Assembly: GCF_009914755.1 (NCBI RefSeq)
Contig: NC_060935.1
Length of the DNA stretch: 64,000 nt
Source: the human T2T-CHM13v2.0 reference genome, Homo sapiens
Strand: one strand, 5' to 3'
In this document: piece after piece, positions 42,986 to 58,583 of the stretch
How positions within the stretch are numbered: position 1 is the stretch's first letter
Layout: each line of letters begins with the position of its first letter
The notes under the pieces: generated by a model
Told to the model about the DNA's origin: nothing
Seen by the model: the letters and a program-made list of their open reading frames with translations, nothing else
Database searches by the model: none
Program-made: the position numbers and the translations under genes

Positions 42986-43716
42986 GTCAGTGGGTTTGCC
43001 GCCGTGCATATCACGCCCTTCCCCCACGTTCCCCCTACCCCAGGACCTCCTTGGGACTTACACGGAGGCCCGAGGTCAGAAAGCACTTCTGGTCCAAGCT
43101 GAGGCAAGGCCGCCCCCCATCCCCCACCCCCTGCCTGCCTCGCCACTCAACACCCTGGCGTTCCGAACACCCTCCATGGCCAAAGTGACCACTCCCTGTC
43201 TGCTGAAGTGTTTTCATCCCCATGCTCACATGGACACCCAGCCACCAGCGTGGTCTCAGGCACATGCCAGGGCTCACCACACTGACCTCATCGCGTCTGG
43301 GGGCTGCCTGGGCTGTCGGCACCACCCGTGGGGGTGGAGAGGAAATGGACACTGCCCATGGGTCTCCAAAAGTGGCCGTGAGCATCTGCCTCCCCGGGTG
43401 CCAAACCCACGTTCCCTGGAGCCAGCTCTGTGCCTGCAGCTGGGCGTGGCTGACAAGAGGGAACGGATCCTTTACTAACATAGAGGGAAAGCCAGTGTTG
43501 GGCATCTTCATACTCCAGAGAGAGGGACATTCAATATTACGTAGCCCCTGGGATGCCAGGTGAACCATACTCCCAGGGATCCCAAGTCCAGCAGGAATTC
43601 CCTTCAGGGTAGGTGGGAATGAAAAGGAGTAACAGTCCCCACAATTAGCCTTGGTGCACAACAGAGGCGACCTCATGCACGCGCTGTAAGGTGCAACCAC
43701 ACTGACCACTATTTAA

Positions 43717-43945
<229 letters not shown>

Positions 43946-45246
43946 ACATGCTCCCTTTTAAAAAAAAAAGAACTTTTTCATGCATTTTTATTGTAATGTA
44001 GACATTTCTTTCTAAAGATATTTTTCTTTTAAAGGCCTTTTTTCTTTAAAAAAAATTTTTTTTAACTTTTCTATTGTCTTTTCTCACACAATCTGCTCCC
44101 TCTCAGACTGAACCCAAGGGTCACTCTTCAGCCAAATGTGCCAGCTTTGGGTTGACAATATTGTCAACAGACAAGGGGATTAGAGTTTTCTGGGAGAGGC
44201 ACAGCAGCTCACAGGGTATAAGACGGGCCTCTGGGGCCAGGCTGCCAGAGTTCCATCCAGATTCGGCACCAGCCTTGCTGTGTGACCCCAGGCAAATTGC
44301 TTAACATCCCTGTACCTCAGTGTCCTCACTTGATGGCATTTGTAGGGTCTCAATGGATCAATAGATATAAAGCACTTAGAACCTGACCTAGCACACAGTC
44401 AGTGCCCCATAAACGGCTGCCCGGCTAGTGGCCACTGGGCGACACCTTTATCTGCCCAGACAACAGCCTCCACCCTCTTCCTCAGCCGATCTCATTATCC
44501 TGTCCACAAATGACCAGACAGAGATCAATGCAACCTGTCCACAGCACACAGCTCTGCAGGGCAGAGCGGGGGCAGAGCCCAGAGCCCTGTCCATGGAGGG
44601 AGCTCTCTGGGTGGTCTCTTCCCTTGCCGTTTCAATTAGAAAGATTCAAATAGAAAAAAAAAAGCAGTCACCATCTTGTTCAGAAGTCAATTTCAAATGT
44701 CCCTTCTGTGATGTCCCTGTGGCTGGGGAAAGTTGGCGGTGAGGCCCAGTCCCCTTTGTTCAACCCCTTGGGATCCCATTCCCTGATCTCCTGACCCTGA
44801 TGGCTTGGGATCTTGATTTTGGGGGTGATAACCGAAGTCACTGGGCACACACAGTGCCAAGGAGCCCGAATGAATTTCCCAAAGTGAGCCACTCGCACCC
44901 CCAGCGGCTGGTCAGGGACTCCTTTGGGAGTAATAACCTCAGGCGACAGGGGCCGCCCCTCCACATAGCCTGAACCCCAGACTTTGGTAATGAAGCAGAA
45001 GGACACTTGTCTCCTATCATGTGACCCATGTGTGCCTTAGCTGAATCTGAGATGTTTCAGTCCAGCACTGAAATTTGGAAATTTGGGGAATTTCCAAAAC
45101 CATGGGAAAGGCCACAGCTACAAAGGCCACAGTCCACAGTCACCCTCAAGCAGCAGTAAACCTTAAAGGAACCCAGGGTCACCCACCCATCCCGGCTCAC
45201 CTGTATCCATTTACCTTCATCCTAATTCTTAAGAAAGTTGTCTTTA

Positions 45247-45571
<325 letters not shown>

Positions 45572-45642
45572 CTATTTCTAAAATAACAACCTAAGTAATG
45601 ACATCTTTGTGTTTTTGTTTTTACTTTTCTGGTTCCCTGAAG

Positions 45643-45654
45643 GAGGCTGTCAAG
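45643..45654 (+). CDS. ANO1: ANO1 microexon 13 (segment c), EAVK
   Basis: long T-rich tract...ctgaag|GAGGCTGTCAAG|gtttgg; 12 nt; matches known segment c. Confidence 0.93.
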
Positions 45655-46249
45655 GTTTGGAACTTTTTGTCGCTCCTCTATCTTCCCACAGCCTATCTCC
45701 CTGGGAGAGGGACCTTCTCTTGCACCTAATCTCTTTCTACCACGCAGTTCCCGCAGTTCCTCCACGCGGGTGGGGTCTCTGCTTTCTCCCCACCTCCGGT
45801 CTCTCCTAACCTGTTCTTTCCTTCCAGCACCCTTCGCTGACCTGCGCTGAGCTCCCCAAGGCCTGGCACCTCTGGGCTTCCTGCGCTTGCCGACAGTTAC
45901 TGCGTCTCTTCTGACTCCCACAGCTCCCCCGTAGAATGTTCTCAGGGCCAGTTCATGGCTGGGTGTTCACTGCAGCCTGGTACAGGCTTCTCCACCTCCA
46001 GGAGGACACAGAGGCCAGATTCGGTGGCCCTCCCAATGGGCTGGGGTTCCCCACAAGCGGGATGATCCTGGGTCACTATCCAGACCACAGATGGGGTGAT
46101 TACACTGGAAATATTCAGCAGCCAACTATGAACTGGACCCAAAGGGTGCCCGAGGCTAATACATGGACTGATTTGCCAAGTATGCTCACGCTGAGGAGCT
46201 CAGACTCAAAATTAACAAGGACTCTGTCTTGACTTGGTTTCATTCACAG

Positions 46250-46321
46250 GATCATCCTAGAGCTGAATACGAAGCCAGAGTCTTGGAGAAGTCTCTGAAG
46301 AAAGAGTCCAGAAACAAAGAG
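46250..46321 (+). CDS. ANO1: ANO1 exon 14, DHPRAEYEARVLEKSLKKESRNKE
   Basis: tcacag|GATCAT...AAAGAG|gtatgg; 72 nt. Confidence 0.97.
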
Positions 46322-46394
46322 GTATGGTGGCCACTGTGGGTTAACTTTCCCAGCAATAAAACACTGTGTTCATCAACCATGTAGACCTGGGATC

Positions 46395-46595
46395 AGCCCA
46401 GAGAACAAATATTGTAGGCTGTGTAACCCCGTGTTGCGGCTGCTCAACTCTGCCATGGTAGCGGCAAAAGGAGCCATAGACAGTAGGTAAACACATGGGC
46501 CTGTGTTCCACACACTGTGTTCCAATAAAACTTTATTTGCAAAAACAGACAGGGGGCCAGATTTGGCCAAAGGGCTATAGTTTGTCAAACTTCCT
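46395..46595. mobile_element. MER58A-like hAT DNA transposon
   Basis: ctcaactctgcc...ccaataaaactttatttgcaaaaacag...gggctatagtttg. Confidence 0.75.
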
Positions 46596-46854
46596 CTAGA
46601 TCTCTTGTCATGATGTATCCTGAGGGTGATCTCAAGTTTTAGCCAGCATTTCAACCACAGGAACCACGTGGCTTTGAAGCTTCAAAGCTTTTTCACAGTA
46701 CACCCCTCCTGTTCTATGCCGAGCAATGAAACAGAAGCCTTTGCCAAACCAGCACCCCTGAGCAAATGGCCAGTTCCTTGTTTCACTCAGACTGTGAGAA
46801 TGAGGGTGAGACATGTTTTGCAATGTTCTTGAGGTCATCGTCTTTTTATAATAA

Positions 46855-47400
<546 letters not shown>

Positions 47401-47441
47401 TGACCTTGTGTCATATCTGCACTTTCAGCCTTGGGGACTGA

Positions 47442-47962
<521 letters not shown>

Positions 47963-49104
47963 GAAGTATGTATTTTTAAACACCCCTGAGGGTCTGAGCA
48001 GGACTCAACAGAATACAACTATAAAAGCAGGAGTTATCGCCCTAAAATAAAGAGACTGTCTGTCTGACTTAACACATCGGATGTGCACGCCCGGGTGCCA
48101 GCTGCCCTCTGCCCCGGCCCTTCAGGCCCTCTGCGCCCCTCATTCCCTCCTGGGAAAGCAAAAGGCCTGGATGCCATCATCTCTAAGGCCCTACAAGCAT
48201 CCGGCGTGTTTTCAGGGCGGCATCCCGGCCCCCAAGCCTGGGTGAAGATGTCTCAGGAGTCAGTGTATGGCCTCCAAGACAGCCCACCCTGTAGTTGTGT
48301 GGTCGCACCTCTTGCAGTGAGCATAGGTGGGTATTTAATTCCTTCCTAAGGGGCAGAAAAGGGCTTTTGTGACACACACTATGTCCATTTAAGGCAAGGG
48401 ACCTAACCAAGCCACAACAGCGAATCTGGGCAACAGGTGCCGGAAGGAAGCCACCTCTTGGATACAGGGTCCCTCCGCCTCTGTGGCCCGTGGCTTGGTT
48501 TCAGCCCAGGCTCTCTGATCACATGAAAGCAACAGAGGCATGGGGGTTTACTTTTGCAGAGCTCAGAGGCACCCCCAGGCCCTGTCTGCTTCTGACGGGC
48601 CGTACCCTTTATTTCCTCCTCTGTTTCATTTGGCTCCCAGTGGCTGCTCTGCGGTTTTGATTTCCCTCCAGCTATGGCACTGAATTCATTTATGGAAAGA
48701 GACCCACCACCTAATTGGCGGATGTGCTTGGGCTTCTGGGTGTGGCTTCCTTCTTGCTGTCATAAGATGCTGGTGGTGACCTGCACATTTGGCCACTACC
48801 TCCCGCTGGAATCCAGCCACCATCTGTGAGATGGGGCATGACGCGGTCCAGTGGAGGGTGCGTGCTGGAGTCTCTCCCGTCTCCACCACCTTTGTTACAG
48901 ATGTTCTTTCCGAACGTAGGTCTCTGCCGTCTCTTACTTGTTTAAAACGCCCAGAACCCGAGTCAGCCTTGGCAGTGAGCTTACGGCCCGCACCAGGAGG
49001 GGCCAGCCTGCTGCCAAGATGGGGACGGTTCCCTGGGCCCCGCGGTCTGCGGTGCCGCCTCCCACTTCACCGCACGGTGCTCTCTTTCCCCCACCCCCCC
49101 TCAG

Positions 49105-49182
49105 AAGCGCCGGCATATTCCAGAGGAGTCAACAAACAAATGGAAGCAGAGGGTTAAGACAGCCATGGCGGGGGTGAAATTG
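49105..49182 (+). CDS. ANO1: ANO1 alternative exon 15 (segment d), KRRHIPEESTNKWKQRVKTAMAGVKL
   Basis: cctcag|AAGCGC...AAATTG|gtactt; 78 nt; matches the 26-aa segment d. Confidence 0.95.
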
Positions 49183-50140
49183 GTACTTTTCTATTTTGCG
49201 GGCAGCGCGCGTCTTGACTGTTTGCAGGCAATCAAAGTCGATTGTGTTTTTCCTCAACAAACTGTTGTATATATTTTTTTTTAACATTCACATCCGTGTT
49301 TCTCTGTCTTCCTTCGGCACCCAGTGAGCCCAGCATGTTGCGATGGCACTGCATGGCTATGGTGGGTCTGCGGTGGCGGGGACGGGGGTGGGGCTCTGGC
49401 TTGACTTGGAGCTCGTGAAACGTGCTTGTCACAACTGCCTGCAAGTGTTTCTTGGTCTCCTCGTTAACATGCATGCCACCCACCCCAGAACGAGTGGCCT
49501 CCGGTGTCATGCCCGTCTGCATTCTGTGACCTAATACATGCATTTTCCCATGGAAAAATCCACCCCCATTTGAAACATCCCGGATTAGTGATGAGCTTCT
49601 ACCTAGGGTTTCTCCAGACCAAGCCAACCCTGGGTTCTGAGAGCCTTCAGGACATGTGTCACCGCAGACGACGTTTTAACTTGTAGTGCTAGCTGCTTGT
49701 TTCAACTTGCTCCACAAAGGAAAAATAACTATTATGGTCTGGGTGGCACTGGGAAAACATCTTCCATCTTCTAGACCTAGAAGTGAGACTTTTAGCTGAA
49801 GAAATGGACTCCAAGTCCAGGTTTCTCCCAGACGTGGGTCCAACAGTCTTTAGAAAGGCAGCTGGCATTACAATGTCCTACACACAGAGGAATCACAGTG
49901 TTAAACGGTTCTTGCTCCCGTTATCCTGTGACATAGGTGATAAACCCCGAAATGCTTCTTGGAACCCTATGCGTTTGCACTGGCTCATCACCTGTGGGCA
50001 TTTTTGAGGTTTTTCTGAGTATTTCTGTTGTTCAAGTTGTCCCTGGGCCCATGCACGCACGCACATGCACCCACGCTGACACACAGAGATGTCTCATCGT
50101 GATGGTTCCAGACAGTGACCGGCATTGTTTTGTGTTGTAG

Positions 50141-50215
50141 ACTGACAAAGTGAAGCTGACATGGAGAGATCGGTTCCCAGCCTACCTCACTAACTTGGTC
50201 TCCATCATCTTCATG
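50141..50215 (+). CDS. ANO1: ANO1 exon 16, [25 protein letters not shown]
   Basis: ttgtag|ACTGAC...TTCATG|gtaagt; 75 nt. Confidence 0.97.
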
Positions 50216-50276
50216 GTAAGTTCCAGAAGGTTAAGGCCAGACGAAGTCAGGGGAAACCGCAAGGAAGTGATTGGCT

Positions 50277-50608
<332 letters not shown>

Positions 50609-50902
50609 TCAGCCTTTCACACGGTGGTGCCACTGGTCCCAGGGTGCGCCGGCCCCATCTCCTCAGGGCAGTGGGTGGGGAAGACTCACCACTACCCCTA
50701 AAATGGGAAGAGACCAGGGTTCCAAAGTGACCCCCAGTGGGGGCTTCACACGCCAGGGAGTACATGAGATGATTTCTGTGGTCCCTGATACACAGCTTTC
50801 ATTTTGAGAGACACAATTATTTGAGTATCTAGTAATTCAAGCCTGGGATTCAAAGATATCATTTAAGATGAAACTGAAGACTTTTTAAGAAAACCATTAA
50901 AT

Positions 50903-51260
<358 letters not shown>

Positions 51261-54200
51261 TTAAGTAAAAACAAATTTTTAAAAATTTTAAAAAAGAAAA
51301 CTATTAAATAAATAACATGCAGACAGGACACGATAGTGCTACTCAGGGACCACAAGTCTGTGACGTGGCTTGTGGGCAAACATCTTGTGGCTTTTAGGGG
51401 ATTTCAATCCCAGGGACTTCAACCCCCAATGGATTCGGCCTTGGCCGCCTGCTAGCTGTGTTTCCATCACCCCCCAAGTACTCGGAGCCAGCCGTGGTCA
51501 TGTTACAAATGACCCTGCCCTCGTCCAGCCCAACAGCTTGAAGGCAGCGCCTCCTGTGGCCACCTAGCCCCGAGTCCTGGTACTGGAGCCCAGGTTGGCA
51601 GCTGTGCACTGAGGGCCTCACCAGAGCGTCTCATCACTGGCCAGTCCTGGTACCATCCCCCTCCTGCTGATACAGAAACTAAAGCCAGAAGGCTGCACTT
51701 CTCCTCCAGTGCCAGCCAGAGGTGGTGGCTGTGGTCACCATGTAGTCACTGGCATATGCCTGCAGAAGCTGGTGCCAGTCAGGCTGTCTGCTCCAAGATC
51801 CATGCCATTCTGTAGGAACTTGGAGAGACAGAGGCGGGGGGCTGTCTTTGTTTTCTGGGTTGAGTGAGGGGCCAAGGGCCCCCTGACCAAGTCATGGAAG
51901 AAGTGGGAAGATCCAGTGTCCCCTCATGCTCTTAGGTACAGTAAGAGGGACGCTGGCCGACATAAAGAAGTCCAGAGGAGGGTGGCCTCAGTGGTGGGGC
52001 CTGCTCATCCCCCTTACCTGGAGAAGGGGACCCCCTCGGTGGGGGCTGGGGGCTGGGGGCTGTTGTGCTCTCGGTGACTTGGTGGGAGGGCACCCGGCCT
52101 CGTGCTGAGGGGATGTGTCCCCTCTGGCCAGGTGCCAGGCTAGGGGGTTGGGAGATAACCGGAGCCTCCCCATCCCTCACCCAGGGGAGGCTAGCCTGAG
52201 GTTCAGCCACTCCCACTGCAGAAGCAGCAGCATTGTCGCAGAAGGGCCAGTGCGGGGCCGGGAAGGAGGTGGCCGTCTAGGGCTGGTCTGGTGGCCCCAC
52301 GATGCCATCAGAGTCACTGGCTTCTCTGACCTTCTGCTAGCCTGTCCTAGGAGTGGGTCCCCTCTTGGTCACAACATGGCTGCTGCACCTCCAGCATCAC
52401 TTCCACTCTCCAGGCTGGAAGAAGGGGAAGGGTGGGGGAAGAGATGGGCCAGGGGTGGCAGCCCCTGTCTGAAGGTGCTTTCGCAGAAGACCCACCACAC
52501 CTCTGCTTGCATCTCATTGGTCAGAACTGTTTCACGTGGCCACCTCCTCTGCAGGGAGGCTCAGGAATGAGCACACACTGCCATCTCAGCAAGGCGGGAT
52601 GGTAGAGGAAAGACAGAGGATATTGGATAGGGAAGTAGCCGGCTCTTTTCCCAGCCTTGACGTACTGGTAAACCCCTGTCACAAGGGCTTCATAGGGTTG
52701 AAGAGGACACAGCTTTGTCTTCAACTTGGGAGTTTCATTCAGCGAACAAACGTTGGTTGAGCACCTAGGATGTGCCCCACACGCCCCTGGTCCTGGGGAT
52801 GCGGGGGAGATGGACCAGGGAGACTGGAAGGGAGCCTGCTGCAGGGCGTGCCTGTTGTGGGCCCGACTGCCCCATGGCAGGGCAGGGGACGCGCCCGCTG
52901 GGGTGGAGGGCCTCCCTCGCTGAGTCACCCACAGGCCTGGCGCTCCAGCTGCACCTCCGCATGCTGGCACGGGGACAGACATCCTGGAGGCCTCTTGGCA
53001 GGACCGAGGGGTTTTCCAAGGAAAGCCCTTGTTCCCCGGAGCTGGCCAGGGAGTGGTCCCCACGCCTCGCAGCAGGGCTTCTCCTTAGTCAGGGTGTGGT
53101 GAGGGCTGCAGGCATTTTCCTGGGCAGGGTGCAGTCACCATGTGTCACTGGCAGATGCCTGCAGAAGCCGGTGGTAACGGCCCAGAACATGAAATAAGAG
53201 CTTTTCTAGGTTTCTGAAAGCTGCAGACACCCTCTGGGGCAAACAGACCCATCCCAGGCTGCAACTGGGAGACACACAGGGCAGCCCCAGGCCTCCTGGG
53301 CCTGCCTGTCCTGGGAGCCACCTGTGACTGTGCCAGCAGGGACCGGACCTGCCCTCTGCACCCTTGCATGGGAGCAAATATGCGATTTCCTGGAACACGG
53401 GGACACAGGGTGACAAGACAGCCTGTGTCCTGCGGGTGGTTTCACGCCTGGGTGAGGAGCCTGGCTTTGCTGTGTGCTTCTCCTGCCCAGCCCTCGGTCC
53501 ATCCATCCTCAATGAGGGCTCAGAATGGGGCATCCACACCCCTGGGCAGGGCGGGGCAGGGCAGGGTGAGGGAGCCCAGACAGACAGACAGACAGAGGTG
53601 TGTGGAACAATCTTGTCATTGTAGCCAACTCCCACCACGGTTTCTCAGGCAACCACCAACCCAAGTTTTATGGAATGTTCTGGTCCCACGGTATGTTTGG
53701 CAAGAGGAGGGGCTCACTCTGGTGGGAGAGCTAGAAGGGTGCTGCTGGCTGGGAGAAGGGACCCAAAGCATCTCCAGCCAGACCCAAAGCCCTGCCCCAT
53801 CCCAGGCCACACCTGCCTCCTTTACCAGGGGAGTCCCTGGGAGGTGGCTGTGAGAGAGGCACACCTCAGCCCTGCACCACCTGAGGATGTCCCTGAGCTC
53901 ACCATGGGTTGGGGGAGAAGCCCCATCCCGCAGTCAGTCTGCTCTGGGACAAGCCACTGGCATGGCGGCCATACTGTGTCCTGGGCTGTGCTTGGGGATG
54001 GTGCCTGGGCTCCGGGAAGATGGTAGCACAAAGATCTTGTGAACTGCAGGCTTGGGCAGACCGCCTGGTAAATCCCAGCTCCTGAGCTGGGTGACCTGGC
54101 CTGTCTACGTAACCTCTCTGAACCTCAGTGTCCTTGTCCATGGAACAGAAACTAGCCCCTCATCCATCTGTCTCTGGTGGGTTAATGCACAGAAAGCCCC

Positions 54201-54354
54201 TGGCATTTGGCAGGTGCCCAAGAAATGTCAGTGCTTGTTTTGAAGCAGAAGAGCGGGAAGGTTGGGGGACAGCTGGACTGAGGGAGCAGATGGGGCAGGC
54301 CCAGGAAGGTCCTGGGTGGGCCCCCAACCAAGAGTGCCCCTTTCCCCCCTGCAG

Positions 54355-54556
54355 ATTGCAGTGACGTTTGCCATCGTCCTCGGCGTCATCATCTACAGAA
54401 TCTCCATGGCCGCCGCCTTGGCCATGAACTCCTCCCCCTCCGTGCGGTCCAACATCCGGGTCACAGTCACAGCCACCGCAGTCATCATCAACCTAGTGGT
54501 CATCATCCTCCTGGACGAGGTGTATGGCTGCATAGCCCGATGGCTCACCAAGATCG
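54355..54556 (+). CDS. ANO1: ANO1 exon 17 (TM3-TM4), [10 protein letters not shown]...RWLTKI(E)
   Basis: ctgcag|ATTGCA...ATCG|gtgagt; 202 nt. Confidence 0.98.
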
Positions 54557-54815
54557 GTGAGTGCCCATGTTCCAGGTACTGTGGCCTGGACTCAGGCAGC
54601 TGGAGTCGCCTGCCTCTTGCTGTGCATCCTTGAGTTTGTTGCTTAACTTCTCTGGGCCCCAGCTCCCTGGTTCTCAATGGGTATCCTGAGCACAGGCCAT
54701 GGTGCGCCTATGAGAGCCGACTGAGTGACTGTGCCAGTGGCCAGCCAGAAGCTGGACCAGGCTGTTGGGGGCCATCCCAGCCACAGCCTCAGTATCATCC
54801 TACCCCTCCCTCTAG

Positions 54816-54927
54816 AGGTCCCAAAGACGGAGAAAAGCTTTGAGGAGAGGCTGATCTTCAAGGCTTTCCTGCTGAAGTTTGTGAATTCCTACACCCCCAT
54901 CTTTTACGTGGCGTTCTTCAAAGGCCG
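54816..54927 (+). CDS. ANO1: ANO1 exon 18 (TM5), [36 protein letters not shown](R)
   Basis: ctctag|AGGTC...GGCCG|gtaggg; 112 nt. Confidence 0.98.
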
Positions 54928-55094
54928 GTAGGGACATCTTCAGCCTTTCCCCCACCTCGCTTCTCCCAGGTCCAGGAGAGGGCTCTCCCTCCCCACAGGT
55001 TGGGGGCACCTGGAGCCCAGGGCAGGGCAGACACCGTGGCACCCGCAGCCAAAGAGGGTCAGGGAGAAGGCCTGGGCCCTGCTGAGGCTCCAGA

Positions 55095-55545
55095 GCAGCG
55101 GGACCCTGGGCAGCAGGGAGTCCAGGTGGCAGGGAACCCAGGCAGTGGGGACCCCAGGCAGTGAGGACCGGGGAGTGAGGACCCGGGAGTGAGGGCCCTG
55201 GGCAGTGAGGACCCTGGGCCGTGGGGACCCCAGGCAGTGAGGACCGGGGAGTGAGGACCCGGCAGTGAGGGCCCCGGGCAGTGAGGACCCGGGAGTGAGG
55301 GCCCCGGGCAGTGAGGACTCTGGGCAGAGAGGACCTCGGGCAGTGAGGACCCGGGAGTGAGGGCCTTGGGCAGTGGGGACCCCAGACAGTGCAGACCCCG
55401 GGCAGTGGGGACCCCAGGCAGTGAGGACCGGGGAGTGAGGACCCGGGAGTGAGGGCCCCGGACAGTGGGGACCCCGGGCAGTGGGGACCCCAGGCAGTGA
55501 GGACCCTGGGCAGAGGGGACCCCAGGGACTCCAGGCAGTGGGAAG
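55095..55545. repeat. G-rich ~15-16-bp minisatellite (gggcagtgaggaccc variants), roughly 25-28 copies
   Basis: direct reading. Confidence 0.93.
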
Positions 55546-56476
55546 CTCCAGCAGCAGGAAGTCCAGGCAGAGAACCCCAGAAGCCAGCTCCAGGTGCTCC
55601 CACGGCAGGTAGGGAGGAGTCCACGTAGGGAGGAGTCCACAAAGTGGGGACAAGGAGAGAGGAGGGTGTGGAAATGCGGCTGCTGGCCACTTGAGCCCTC
55701 TTCACAGCTCCTGGAGGAGTGAAACCTTCCACGCCTGGGCCCTCTGGAGCCATCCCAGGCTGCGGTGGGGCCTGCGGCCCACCCACAATGATGCCCCCCA
55801 CCCCCACCACCACTCCTGCAAGGGACTGGCTGGTCTGATCTCAGAGCCCCCAAAAAGGCTGCCTCCTCCACATCATGTGATTCACCAGTGCCATGCCCGC
55901 CCTCCTGGCCCAGGGTCCCAGGGCCCCGCCAAGGGGTCCAGTGCCCCCTGAGCGCATCCAGGATGGAGCAAGCTCTTGGAAGCCTACACGCCCCACACCA
56001 GCCCCTAGAAAGCCGAGAGGTTGTCTATCCCCACCCAGGGTGGCCTTTGGCCACCACCTGCCCCAGCTGCCCAAGGTCCCCAGAGTGCTTCTGTGCCAGC
56101 TGTCCATGGACCCCACCGTGCCAGCGGCACATCCTGAGTCCCAGGCAGCTAGCGCAGCAGCTTGCAGTCTTCAGGCCGGGTGGTCTTTGCCTTAATCCCC
56201 TCCTGGGCCCCTTCCCGCTGCCTCTCAGTCTCGTGGCCTCTCATTGAAGAAGTTCCTTTTTCTGACCCCTCTCTGGGTTTGGGAATCCAACCTTTGACCA
56301 ATGAAAACCACTGTGGTCATCTTTTAGCAGATGCACCAGGCAGGGAGAGCCGCCTGTAGATACCCTCGAGGCTCAGCCTGCAGGACTCACACGCTGCACA
56401 GTCCCCACTTGGGGGTCTCTCCCCGAGCTGAGCCAGGGGCTCATCTTTTCTCTAACGACCTCCCCCATCGTTTCAG

Positions 56477-56534
56477 GTTTGTTGGACGCCCGGGCGACTA
56501 CGTGTACATTTTCCGTTCCTTCCGAATGGAAGAG
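56477..56534 (+). CDS. ANO1: ANO1 exon 19, FVGRPGDYVYIFRSFRMEE
   Basis: tttcag|GTTTGTT...GAAGAG|gtaacc; 58 nt. Confidence 0.97.
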
Positions 56535-56848
56535 GTAACCGAAATTTTATTCATCTCTGGCAGCCCCTTCTGTCTTGCTTACGATTTGTCTACACCATGC
56601 ACTTGGGAGAAGCAGCTGCAGCACATTTGTTCAGCAAAGAGCAGCAGGTTTCTTTCCTTCTTGCTGGAAACTTTTCTGTTCCCCTGATGTGGTGGGGTGG
56701 GCTTTAATCTTATCTGGTGTGTTCATATAGAATCACCTAGAAGGATAAAGTCGCTGTAGAGTTAATGAAAGAAAAACACAACATCTGGTTTTCTTTTCTT
56801 TTTTTGTGAGACTGAATATTTCTCTTCTGGTTAAGATGAATTAATGAG

Positions 56849-57154
<306 letters not shown>

Positions 57155-58146
57155 TTAATGAGGACAAAACAGAACTTGGCTAACTTTTTTTTTTACTCGA
57201 CATTGAAATGCTTGTCTCTTTACCCTCAAACACCATGCTGGTGGCATGTGCTTTCTGCCCAGCGATCCTGGCCATAGAAGGTCTGGTTGTGCCAGCCTGG
57301 TTCAGCCTCTGTCACGGCCCATGGACTTGCTCCACTGTTTGTCCCACAACCAGGGGCTCCATCAGACCAAGCCGGGGCTTCAGAGCCTATCAGTGGTTCT
57401 GGTCTCAGCATTTCCAACCCACAGAGTAATTCAGCTGATCAGAAAATAAGAGGGTGAGTCTTCTTGAAAAAGACCCTGTGGAATAAGATATCGAGGATGG
57501 GGTGGACATCAGGTACAGGATTATCTGGCTGTCTGGAGTGCAGCCTAGAGGTTCCACTACCTGAATGCAGGCCCCTGGGCAGCCCAAGACACGGGCCTCC
57601 TCCACAGTAATGGGCATCTGCGCCAAGCTTCTGAAATGCTCTTTCCTTTTTACATGATGATCCCCTGTCACACTCGTCCCGGGTCAGAAAGTCATATAAT
57701 AAAGCAGATGGTGTAATTGCTTTTTCCAAAAGCATGGCTCTCCAAGACAAGTGTAGGGTTTGTTAGGTTTTATTTGGAATGCAGAACAAGTTTACTGTGC
57801 CTCAGGGGTCACCATGCATCACTGGTGTTCCCTTTGCTTGGACAAGTTAAACTTCCAGCCCACATAGGTTTCTGACTGTCACCTGCTTGCCGGGTCCCAG
57901 GCCTAAGGTGGCAAAGGCCCACTGAGTCAGGGACATTAGGCCTCAGAGGGGTGGCTGCTGCCTCCTGTGGGGCTCAGCCTGCCATGGTGGTGCAGAGCCA
58001 GTGGATGCTGACTGGTGCATGGGACCGGCCAGTGGCCCTGGAAAAAAGGAGGCGCCCTGAGGCCCTGCCCCACCCCTGCTTACTCCCTCCCAGTGCGCTC
58101 CCCGCTCCCATCCACAGCCCCAAGCACAGCAGCCTGTAGGCGGAGT

Positions 58147-58583
58147 GTGTCCGTTTCCTGGGGCTGCCGCAACTCGATCCCACAGACTTAAAGTAACAGA
58201 GATGGGGGTCTCACAGTTCTGAAGGTCGGAAGTGCAACATCCAGGTGTTAGCCGGGCTGTGTTCCCTTCAAGGGTTCTAGGGGAGGACCTGCCTTGCCTC
58301 TCCCAGCTTCTGGGGACTACGGAAGCCCTCATGGTTCCTTTACTTGCCTCTCCACCCTCTGCCGCCATGTTCACGCTGCCTCTTCCCTCTGTGCCCGCGC
58401 CTTCTCTTTTTCTGAGGACATCAGTCCTCAGATGGGCGCCCCATCTGAAAACACCCCAGCATGAAAACACCCTGACTTGACTACATTTGCAAAGACCCTT
58501 TTTGCAAATAAGGCCACGTTCCCAGGTGGCGGGGATTAGAACCTGAGCGTCTTTTTTTGGAGGACGCAGGTCAACCCACAGCA
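58147..58583 (-). mobile_element. MLT1 (MaLR) LTR ending ~80 nt before exon 20
   Basis: gtttcctggggctgccg...ctcacagttctg...ttgcctctcccagcttctgg...caaagaccctttttgcaaataagg. Confidence 0.8.

Noticed and set aside
48789-49157. 122-aa ORF overlapping exon 15 in another frame
   Set aside because: Non-ATG start, GC-rich chance ORF, no independent support
54812-55871. 237-333-aa Pro/Gly-rich antisense ORFs
   Set aside because: Arise from the G-rich minisatellite and the antisense of exon 18
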